Source of the DNA: an uncultured Pelagibacteraceae bacterium
GTDB taxonomy: Bacteria > Pseudomonadota > Alphaproteobacteria > Pelagibacterales > Pelagibacteraceae
Length of the DNA stretch: 64,000 nt
Direction of reading: 5' to 3'
Assembly: GCA_902617895.1 (NCBI GenBank)
Contig: CACMYJ010000005.1
Coordinates: 25,588 to 89,587, forward strand
Shown here: one piece after another, positions 9,986-17,142 of the stretch
Layout: each line of letters opens with the position of its first letter
Numbering within the stretch: position 1 is the stretch's first letter
Translations under genes and position numbers: made by a program
Notes under the pieces: model-generated
Databases searched by the model: none
The model's input: the letters and a program-made list of their open reading frames with translations, nothing else
What the model was told of the DNA's origin: nothing

Positions 9986-10684
9986 ATGATTGGTATTCTT
10001 GGAGGAATGGGAACACAGGCTGGATTAGATTTTTGTAATAAACTTGCGAAAATAAATGCTGGAAAACTTGATCAACAATATCCAATGTTTGTTTTATATA
10101 ACAAGTCTAACATTCCAAAACGACCAGAAAATTTAAAAAAATATTACAACGTTTTAGATTCACTTGTTGAAGGGTGTAAAATGTTACAAAAAAATAATTG
10201 TAAATTCATAGTAATGCCATGCAACACAGCTCATTATTGGTACGATGATTTAAGAAAAAAAGTTAAAATACCAATACTAAGTATGCCTAAAGAGGTTTAC
10301 TTAGATACATCAAAAAACTGTAAAAAAAATTCTAAGATTGGTATTTTATCTACTGAGGCTACATTAAGTACTAAAGTTTATAATAAATATTTTGATAAAA
10401 ATTTTATTTTAGTAAGTCCTAACAAAAATTTACAAAAAAATTCAGTAAATAAATCTATAAAGCTAGTTAAAATGGGAAAAATTAAAGAAGCAGAAAAAGC
10501 AATTAGACCAGCAGTAAGTTACTTAATGAAAATTAAATGTAAAAAAATTATTCTAGGCTGTACTGAGCTGCCAATTGCAATATTTGCTTACAAATCTTTT
10601 AAGAAAATAAAACAATCAAAAGTATTTGTTGACCCAAACCTTCTGTTGGCAAATATTTCTATGAAAAAATATAAAAGATTTTAA
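9986..10684 (+). CDS. Aspartate/glutamate racemase family protein
   Basis: IGILGGMG N-terminus; both catalytic Cys present (MPCNTAH, LGCTELP). Confidence 0.9.
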   Translation: MIGILGGMGTQAGLDFCNKLAKINAGKLDQQYPMFVLYNKSNIPKRPENLKKYYNVLDSLVEGCKMLQKNNCKFIVMPCNTAHYWYDDLRKKVKIPILSMPKEVYLDTSKNCKKNSKIGILSTEATLSTKVYNKYFDKNFILVSPNKNLQKNSVNKSIKLVKMGKIKEAEKAIRPAVSYLMKIKCKKIILGCTELPIAIFAYKSFKKIKQSKVFVDPNLLLANISMKKYKRF

Positions 10685-10688
10685 TTTA

Positions 10689-10722
10689 ATCTCAGTTCTA
10701 ATTATCAAACTAGAACTGAGAT
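10689..10722. terminator. Bidirectional terminator between converging racemase and peroxiredoxin genes
   Basis: ATCTCAGTTCTA-N10-TAGAACTGAGAT, perfect 12-bp inverted repeat. Confidence 0.7.
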
Positions 10723-10745
10723 AATAAATTAATCCTAAATCCTTC

Positions 10746-11405
10746 TTACTTTGTAGGATCTGGAACTTTTCTTAAATAAGGCTTAACTGTTTCCCATCCA
10801 TCTGGATATATTTTTTTAGCCTCGTCGTCTTTTACCGCAGGAAGAATCACTACATCTTCACCTTTTTTCCAATTAGCTGGAGTAGCAACTCTATGTTTTG
10901 CAGTAAGTTGCATTGAGTCTATGGCTCTCAAAATTTCATGGAAATTTCTACCTGTTGCCATTGGGTAAGTTAAATAAAGACCAATTCTTTTATCAGGTCT
11001 TACAACAAAAATAGTTCTAACAGTTTCATTATCAACTGCTGTTCGTCCCATTGAAGTTGTTCCTGCATCCGCTTCTAACATATTGAAAAGTTTTGCAACT
11101 TTTAAATCTTCATCAGCAATGATAGGATAATCAGGCATTGTCCCAGATACATCTTTGATATCTTCTAACCATTTTTTGTGATCCTCAACTCCATCTACAC
11201 TTAGTCCGATTACTTTTACATTTCGCGCATCAAATTCGGCTTTCATTTGTCCTAATGAACCTAATTCTGTTGTACAAACTGGTGTAAAATCTTTTGGGTG
11301 AGAAAATAATACGCCCCAGCTATCTCCAAGCCACTCATGAAAAGAAATATCTCCCTCTGTAGTTTTGCATTGAAAATCAGGACACATACTGTTTATTTTT
11401 AACAT
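10746..11405 (-). CDS. 1-Cys peroxiredoxin (Prx6 family)
   Basis: FSHPKDFTPVCTTELG signature; GRNFHEILR and ATPANW; GGAGAG SD. Confidence 0.95.
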   Translation of the reverse strand: MLKINSMCPDFQCKTTEGDISFHEWLGDSWGVLFSHPKDFTPVCTTELGSLGQMKAEFDARNVKVIGLSVDGVEDHKKWLEDIKDVSGTMPDYPIIADEDLKVAKLFNMLEADAGTTSMGRTAVDNETVRTIFVVRPDKRIGLYLTYPMATGRNFHEILRAIDSMQLTAKHRVATPANWKKGEDVVILPAVKDDEAKKIYPDGWETVKPYLRKVPDPTK

Positions 11406-11435
11406 TTAGTCTCTCCTTAGTTATTATTTAGAATA

Positions 11436-11477
11436 ATTATAATGAAGATTGATTTGGTATGCAAATTTTAATAATCT
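11436..11477. promoter_or_regulatory. Overlapping divergent promoters for prx (minus) and persulfide dioxygenase (plus)
   Basis: Minus: TTGCAT-N17-TATAAT (11464-11436). Plus: TTGATT-N17-TAATCT (11449-11477), ending 6 nt before the ATG. Confidence 0.5.
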
Positions 11478-11483
11478 TTTAAT

Positions 11484-12176
11484 ATGATATTTAATCAATT
11501 GTTTGACGAAAAATCCTCAACTTATACATACATTATTTCTAGTGGAAAAGGCAGAGAGGCTTTAATCATAGATCCAGTTATTGAGCATACTGATCAATAT
11601 ATAAAAGTTTTAAAGGATTTAGATTTAAAACTAGTGAAGGTAATAGACACTCATATTCATGCTGATCATGTGACTGGTCTAAACGAATTAAATAAAAGAA
11701 CAAATTGTATTCGTATTATGGGTGAAAATTCTAAGTCGGAGGTGATTGATATAAAGTTAAAAGATGACGAAAATATAAATATTGAGAAAATTGAACTTAA
11801 AGCCATTTATACTCCAGGACATACTGATTGTTCATATAGTTACTTAATGAATGATAGAGTTTTTACAGGAGATACTCTTTTAATAAATGGTACAGGTAGA
11901 ACAGATTTTCAAAATGGTAGTGCTTATGAAGCATATGAATCATTATTTGGTAAACTATTAAAACTTCCTGAAGAAACCCTAGTATACCCTGCTCATGATT
12001 ATAATGGAAAAAAAAATTCAACAATTGGTAGTGAGAAGAGTAATAACCCTAGACTACAAGTTAGCTCAAAAGAGGAATATGCTGAAATAATGAATAATCT
12101 TAATCTTGCCAATCCAAAAATGATGGATATCGCAGTACCAGCAAATCTCAAGGGATTAACGCTTAAAGAACTCTAA
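11484..12176 (+). CDS. Persulfide dioxygenase (ETHE1/Sdo-like MBL-fold protein)
   Basis: SSTYTYII, THIHADH, TPGHT, GRTDFQ, PAHDY and NPRL motifs. Confidence 0.9.
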   Translation: MIFNQLFDEKSSTYTYIISSGKGREALIIDPVIEHTDQYIKVLKDLDLKLVKVIDTHIHADHVTGLNELNKRTNCIRIMGENSKSEVIDIKLKDDENINIEKIELKAIYTPGHTDCSYSYLMNDRVFTGDTLLINGTGRTDFQNGSAYEAYESLFGKLLKLPEETLVYPAHDYNGKKNSTIGSEKSNNPRLQVSSKEEYAEIMNNLNLANPKMMDIAVPANLKGLTLKEL

Positions 12177-12230
12177 AATCAGGGGTATTATTAGTATTGT
12201 TTTTAAAAAATATACAATTATATAACTCTT

Positions 12231-12341
12231 ATGGCATGCAATAGTACACACTGTAAATGTAAAAACTGTTCTTGTGACAGGTGCGTTTGTAAAAACTGTG
12301 ATTGCAAACCATCATCAGAAAACTGCTGTTGTAACAAGTAG
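12231..12341 (+). CDS. Metallothionein-like Cys-rich peptide, 36 aa, absent from the ORF track
   Basis: ATG..TAG translates to MACNSTHCKCKNCSCDRCVCKNCDCKPSSENCCCNK: 12 Cys and 1 His, four CxC motifs plus CCC, no aromatics. Fills the gap between sdo and cysE. TTGTTT-N18-TATAAC lies just upstream. Confidence 0.8.
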   Translation: MACNSTHCKCKNCSCDRCVCKNCDCKPSSENCCCNK

Positions 12342-12371
12342 TTAAATTTTAATAACTAATCTTAAATAAAC

Positions 12372-12953
12372 ATGAATGATTTTTTAGAGTCGATAATTAA
12401 AAGAGATCCTGCTGCAAGATCAAAGTTGAGTTTAATACTAACTTATCCTGGTGTTAAAGCTATATTTTTTCATAGAATTGCAAATTTTTTTTCAATTGCA
12501 AAATTTCATCTTGTTGCAAGAATAATTTCTCAGTTCTCAAGGTTTTTAACAGGTATAGAAATCCATCCAAATGCTAAAATTGGAAAAAATCTTTTTATAG
12601 ATCATGGTATGGGAGTAGTTATTGGAGAAACATCTGATATTGGAGATAATGTTACCATCTATCACATGGCAACATTAGGCGGAATTGCTCCAAGTATAAA
12701 TTCAGATAATCAAAGAAATGTTAAGAGACACCCAACATTAAAAGAAAATGTAGTTGTAGGATCTGGTGCACAAATCCTTGGACCAGTTGTTGTTGGTAAA
12801 AATGCAAAAATTGGAGCCAACGCTGTCGTTACAAAAGATGTTCCAGAAAATGCAGTAATGGTTGGTATTCCTGCAAAAAATGTTGGAACTGCATCTGAAG
12901 AATTTAAACCCTATGGTGTTGCACCAGGTGGTGATACAAAGCTTGATGTATGA
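12372..12953 (+). CDS. cysE: Serine O-acetyltransferase (short form)
   Basis: [32 protein letters not shown]; hexapeptide repeats. Confidence 0.92.
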   Translation: MNDFLESIIKRDPAARSKLSLILTYPGVKAIFFHRIANFFSIAKFHLVARIISQFSRFLTGIEIHPNAKIGKNLFIDHGMGVVIGETSDIGDNVTIYHMATLGGIAPSINSDNQRNVKRHPTLKENVVVGSGAQILGPVVVGKNAKIGANAVVTKDVPENAVMVGIPAKNVGTASEEFKPYGVAPGGDTKLDV

Positions 12954-13951
12954 AAACTTTACAAAATAATTTTGTCGAAGCAATAGGAAATACTCCTTTA
13001 TTTAAATTAAAAGCCGCATCAGAAATTACTGGTTGTAATATTTATGGAAAAGCAGAGTACCTTAATCCCGGTGGCTCTGTAAAAGATAGAGCAGCTTTAG
13101 CTCTGATTAGAGATGCTGAAGAAAAAAAACTAATTTCAAAAGGTGGAACAATTGTTGAGGGAACTGCTGGTAATACTGGGATTGGGTTGTGTCTTTTAGG
13201 AAATTCTATTGGTTATAAAACTATTATCGTGATGAACGATAATCAAACACAAGAAAAAAAAGATTTATTAAGAAATATTGGAGCTGATTTAAGGTTGGTT
13301 CCACCAAAACCTTATAAAGATGAAAATAACTTTGTTAAATATGCAGGAAGATTGGCTGCTGAGTTGAAGAGTAGTAACAATTACGGTGTAGTTTGGGCTA
13401 ATCAATTTGATAATACTGCTAATTCTAAAGGTCATTATGAAACAACAGGACCAGAAATATGGGAACAAACTGACGGCAAAATTGATGGTTTTGTATGTTC
13501 ATCAGGTACTGGTGGCACAATTGCAGGAGTAAGTAGTTTTTTAAAAGAAAAGAATAAAGATATTAAAATATATTTATCGGATCCAACAGGTTCCTCTCTT
13601 TATAGTTACATTGAAAATGGTGAATTAAAGAGTGAAGGTGGTTCAATAACTGAAGGTATTGGATCTAGTAGAGTTACTGCAAATTTTGCAAAAGCAAAAA
13701 TTGATGGAGCATTTTCAATAAGTGATCATGAGTCTTTGCCTGTTTTATTTGATTTAATTGAAAAAGAAGGCTTAAGTTTAGGTACAAGTTGTGGAGTAAA
13801 CATAGCTGGAGCAATAAGGTTGGGTAAACTTTTAGGTCCAGGTAAAACAATTGTTACGATTCTTTGTGATAAATCTGATAAATACAACTCTAAGATGTTT
13901 AATAAATCTTTTTTAAAAGAAAAAGGCCTTCCTTATCCTCACTGGATATAA
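12950..13951 (+). CDS. cysK: Cysteine synthase (PLP-dependent)
   Basis: [17 protein letters not shown] (PLP Lys), [13 protein letters not shown]; 4-nt ATGA overlap with cysE. Confidence 0.92.
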   Translation: MKTLQNNFVEAIGNTPLFKLKAASEITGCNIYGKAEYLNPGGSVKDRAALALIRDAEEKKLISKGGTIVEGTAGNTGIGLCLLGNSIGYKTIIVMNDNQTQEKKDLLRNIGADLRLVPPKPYKDENNFVKYAGRLAAELKSSNNYGVVWANQFDNTANSKGHYETTGPEIWEQTDGKIDGFVCSSGTGGTIAGVSSFLKEKNKDIKIYLSDPTGSSLYSYIENGELKSEGGSITEGIGSSRVTANFAKAKIDGAFSISDHESLPVLFDLIEKEGLSLGTSCGVNIAGAIRLGKLLGPGKTIVTILCDKSDKYNSKMFNKSFLKEKGLPYPHWI

Positions 13952-13967
13952 TCACGCATAGCAGTAC

Positions 13968-14000
13968 TGTAATAAATTCATTACATTTCTATCTTATAAT
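13968..14000 (+). promoter_or_regulatory. Palindromic operator candidate plus -10 box upstream of the small-protein array
   Basis: TGTAAT-N6-ATTACA (13968-13985) followed by TATAAT (13995-14000). Confidence 0.45.
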
Positions 14001-14036
14001 AAACTCTAATATGTCAATTAATTTAAAGGAGAAACT

Positions 14037-14420
14037 ATGGACGTAAAAGAACAAACTAAAAAAGCATATGAACTTTTTGGTTCTGGAGATATGGAAACAT
14101 TTTTTAACGATATGATCGATGATGAAATCGTTTGGACTTTTCCAGGTAAAGAAGGTGTACATCCACTTTCTGGAGTTCACAAAGGAAAACAAGCTATGAT
14201 GGCTGCAATGTCTAAAATCCCAGCTACTTGGCCAAATTTCCATTTAAAAGTTTTAGATATGATAAGTGAAGGAAATAAAGTTTTTGCAAGAGTTCATGCA
14301 ACTGCAGATAACATGGATACTATGTTTGGTCACTATTTTGAAGTAAGTGATGAGGGAAAAACTAAAGTTATGATGACTTTTGATGATACACTTAGCATGT
14401 TCAATGCAATGAAGAAGTAA
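14037..14420 (+). CDS. SnoaL/NTF2-like protein, Met-rich
   Basis: AYELFGSGDM..DDEIVWTFPG..HPLSG.HKGK..ISEGNKV pattern; AAGGAG SD. Confidence 0.8.
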   Translation: MDVKEQTKKAYELFGSGDMETFFNDMIDDEIVWTFPGKEGVHPLSGVHKGKQAMMAAMSKIPATWPNFHLKVLDMISEGNKVFARVHATADNMDTMFGHYFEVSDEGKTKVMMTFDDTLSMFNAMKK

Positions 14421-14428
14421 GGAACAGA

Positions 14429-14758
14429 ATGTCAATTTTAGAAAAACTAAACAAAGCAATCATGGAAAAAGATGGTGCAGCAGCAGCTGAGATTATTCAT
14501 GATGATTATAAGAGATATTCTCATCTTCAGGGAGCCTATACTGAAAGTGGAAAAACAGGTATGATTGAAGCAATTAACAAAGGTTTCATGAAAGTTGATA
14601 AATATAGAATTTTATATGAAAACGATGAAATAGGTTTTGATCATTCTATTGTTACTTATGCCGAAGATGGAAATAAAGAGGCTTTAATGTGTTATTGGAA
14701 ATTTAAAGATGGTAAAATCATTGAACTCGAAACAGGCGCAACCAAAATACCAAAATAA
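14429..14758 (+). CDS. SnoaL/NTF2-like protein (paralog of 16822-17142)
   Basis: IHDDY, YENDEIG, FKDGKIIELETGAT; AAGGA SD. Confidence 0.75.
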   Translation: MSILEKLNKAIMEKDGAAAAEIIHDDYKRYSHLQGAYTESGKTGMIEAINKGFMKVDKYRILYENDEIGFDHSIVTYAEDGNKEALMCYWKFKDGKIIELETGATKIPK

Positions 14759-14784
14759 TTATAAACTAACAGAAGGAGTTTAAT

Positions 14785-15135
14785 ATGAGTAGTATTGAAG
14801 TTAAAACCTTTGATAAAGCAGATGAGGTAGTTGATAAGTTTAATAATGCTAAAATAGAAGCAGTTAAAGTAGGCGGTCAAAGAGTAGTTAGATTACATTT
14901 AAAACCAGGATGGAAATGGTCTACAGATGTTAAGCCACATATTGGAACTGACAGTTGTCAGGCAAACCATATTGGAATTATCACAAAGGGATCTGTTTGT
15001 GCAAAACACGATGATGGAACAGAGGTTACATATAAAGCAGGAGATTCTTACTCCGTAACACCAGGTCATGACGCTTGGGTAGTTGGCAATGAACCTGTTG
15101 AAGCATATGAGTTTGCCGGGGTTTGGGGAGAATAA
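14785..15135 (+). CDS. Cupin-domain protein
   Basis: PGWKWS..VKP..GTDSCQANHIG...PGHDAWVVGNEP; AAGGAG SD. Confidence 0.85.
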   Translation: MSSIEVKTFDKADEVVDKFNNAKIEAVKVGGQRVVRLHLKPGWKWSTDVKPHIGTDSCQANHIGIITKGSVCAKHDDGTEVTYKAGDSYSVTPGHDAWVVGNEPVEAYEFAGVWGE

Positions 15136-15136
15136 A

Positions 15137-15406
15137 ATGGTAAAAATGGTTGGTAACTTTGAAGTAAAAGACTGGGCTCACTGGAAAAAAATGTTTGATG
15201 AGCACTCTGGTCCTAGGGAAGCAGCAGGTATTAAAACTATTTACGTAGGTAATGAAATAGAAAATCCAAATAAAGTACATATTGTGATGGAAACACCAGC
15301 AGCAGACACTATGCAAAAATTTATGCAGAATCCAGAGAATGCTAAAGTAATTGCGGAATCTGGTCATAAACAAGAGACAACAGTAATGAGCGTTTGCTCA
15401 GATTAG
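15137..15406 (+). CDS. Small dimeric alpha-beta barrel (ABM/cyclase-like) protein
   Basis: FEVKDWAHWKKMFDEH..REAAGI...NPNKV pattern; GGGGAG SD before ATG 15137 (the track start at 15083 overlaps the cupin). Confidence 0.7.
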   Translation: MVKMVGNFEVKDWAHWKKMFDEHSGPREAAGIKTIYVGNEIENPNKVHIVMETPAADTMQKFMQNPENAKVIAESGHKQETTVMSVCSD

Positions 15407-15431
15407 ATAAATAAAAAAAGGATGTAAATAA

Positions 15432-15860
15432 ATGAAAAAAATTTTTTTAATTTTAATATTAAGTCTGTTCACAACAAACTCTTTTGCTGATGGTCATGCA
15501 AATGCAAATGGTTTTTCAATAACTCTTAAAGTTCCTATGGCCGATACAGCAAAAGTTGAGGAAATGCTTATGAAACATGCAAAATGGATGAAAGAAACAC
15601 ATCCATTAACAGGTGAAAAAAAACTAAATTCATATTCGATCATGAAAGGTCCTGAGTGGAAAAATCCTGGTGACCCATCACAAGGGACAACTGGTAATAT
15701 TTTCTATGTATTAAATGAATTTTATGAAAATCCTGCTGGATTTGCAAATCATCAACAACTTGGTTCACAATGGTCTGAAATACAAGAATTTCAGACGATG
15801 TTATTCACATATCAAGTTGGATATGCTTTTCCTGGAACAACCATTGAAACAATTGAATAA
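15432..15860 (+). CDS. Exported hypothetical protein, probable dimeric alpha-beta barrel; predicted mature N-terminus DGH
   Basis: Signal peptide ending SFA-DGH; H..WMKETH and E.YENPAG..NH pattern. Confidence 0.65.
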   Translation: MKKIFLILILSLFTTNSFADGHANANGFSITLKVPMADTAKVEEMLMKHAKWMKETHPLTGEKKLNSYSIMKGPEWKNPGDPSQGTTGNIFYVLNEFYENPAGFANHQQLGSQWSEIQEFQTMLFTYQVGYAFPGTTIETIE

Positions 15861-15905
15861 TCATTTAATTGAATTAAAATATCATACAAAAAAAAGGAGA
15901 AAAAT

Positions 15906-16196
15906 ATGGAAAAAGAAGTGTTAGTAATCGTAGATTTGAAAGAAGGAAAGCTTGAAAAATTTATGGGATGGATGCAATCAGATGAAGGTATGAGTGTGAG
16001 AAAATCTGCAGCTCATCCAGAAAAAACTATAGGAGCAGTAAAGCCAGATAAAAGTGGCGTAATGTTTAAGGTATTTGTTCATAATATGGAAAAAATGAAA
16101 GAACTAATATCTGGTACACATCCAGTTGGAAAGGAAATTTACGATGAATGTGTTATCAAAATGACTGCTTGGGATTTAACAAAGGTTGAAATGTAA
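15906..16196 (+). CDS. Small Met-rich hypothetical protein, possibly alpha-beta barrel
   Basis: AAGGAG SD; 96 aa; 9 Met. Confidence 0.7.
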   Translation: MEKEVLVIVDLKEGKLEKFMGWMQSDEGMSVRKSAAHPEKTIGAVKPDKSGVMFKVFVHNMEKMKELISGTHPVGKEIYDECVIKMTAWDLTKVEM

Positions 16197-16197
16197 T

Positions 16198-16521
16198 ATG
16201 GCGAAATTTTATTTGGTTGGCAAAATAAGTGCAGAATTAATGAAAAGAATGCAAAATGATCCAACTGCAGATAGATATGCATCGACTAAGAAAGTTACTG
16301 AGGCGGCTGGTTTAAAATTGATCAGCTATGAATGGGTAAGAGGTAGATTTGATGTTATCTCATGTGTCGAGGGAGATTATGAACAAGCACTTTCCTTGAA
16401 GATTGCATTTAAAAATTCAGGTCTTATGGATGATTTGATGGTACATGAAGTTATTGACTACAATAAAGCTTTTCAAAATGCTGCAGATGCCACAAAGTCT
16501 GTTATTAAACCAGGAGAATAA
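16198..16521 (+). CDS. GYD-domain protein
   Basis: DR......EAAGLKL......GRFDV pattern; ATG 1 nt after the previous stop. Confidence 0.75.
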   Translation: MAKFYLVGKISAELMKRMQNDPTADRYASTKKVTEAAGLKLISYEWVRGRFDVISCVEGDYEQALSLKIAFKNSGLMDDLMVHEVIDYNKAFQNAADATKSVIKPGE

Positions 16522-16523
16522 TT

Positions 16524-16811
16524 ATGAGTGGTTATGCGATCTTTAACCTTAATGTTAACAATCCAGAAAATTATAAGGAATACATAGACAAAGTTAAACC
16601 CACTGCAGAAAAATTTGGTGGAGAGTATCTTGTGAGAGGTGGTACCAGCGAGACTATTGAAGGGTCATGGCAACATCCAAGGACAGTTGTGATAAAATTT
16701 CCAAGTTACGAGAAAGCAAAAGAATGGTATAATTCTGAGGAATATAAACCAATAAAACAAATTCGGTTAGATAACGCAGATTCTAATGGAATGATAATTG
16801 AAGGAGTTTAA
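16524..16811 (+). CDS. DUF1330 family protein
   Basis: FGGEYLVRGG...EG.W...RTVVIKFPSYEKAKEWYNSEEY signature; AGGAG SD. Confidence 0.9.
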   Translation: MSGYAIFNLNVNNPENYKEYIDKVKPTAEKFGGEYLVRGGTSETIEGSWQHPRTVVIKFPSYEKAKEWYNSEEYKPIKQIRLDNADSNGMIIEGV

Positions 16812-16821
16812 AGGAGATAAA

Positions 16822-17142
16822 ATGTCAATATTAGAAAAATACAGTGCTGCATTAAAAAATAAAGATGAAGCAGCTATGAATGAACTTTTGCATGACGATT
16901 TCAAATTTAAAATGCATAAATCAGGAAATACTTTGGGTAAAGCTGAAGTGATCAAATGGGCGATGAGCGGTGATATTAATCAAAGAGATACAAGAGTTGT
17001 ATATGAAAATGACGAAGTTGGTGTACACCACGCATTTGTAACATTTGATGATGGAAACACTGAAGCAGTAATGGCAGTCTACAAATATGATAATGGAAAA
17101 ATCATGAGTTTAGAGACTGGCGCAACACCAATGCCTAAATAA
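16822..17142 (+). CDS. SnoaL/NTF2-like protein (paralog of 14429-14758)
   Basis: AAGGAG SD then MSILEK; LHDDF, YENDEVG, LETGAT. Confidence 0.75.
   Translation: MSILEKYSAALKNKDEAAMNELLHDDFKFKMHKSGNTLGKAEVIKWAMSGDINQRDTRVVYENDEVGVHHAFVTFDDGNTEAVMAVYKYDNGKIMSLETGATPMPK

Noticed and set aside
12231-12341. Cys-rich peptide as a RiPP precursor
   Set aside because: No leader/core structure and no modifying enzyme, peptidase or exporter is adjacent; metal binding is the simpler reading.
15083-16821. Track starts at 15083, 16186 and 16798, and the nested ORF 15715-15924
   Set aside because: Downstream ATGs (15137, 16198, 16822) remove the overlaps and have better SD context; the nested ORF is an alternative frame of real genes.
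14037-17142. Polyketide or phenazine biosynthetic cluster suggested by SnoaL, cupin and ABM folds
   Set aside because: No synthase, ACP, NRPS, radical SAM or other scaffold-forming enzyme lies nearby.
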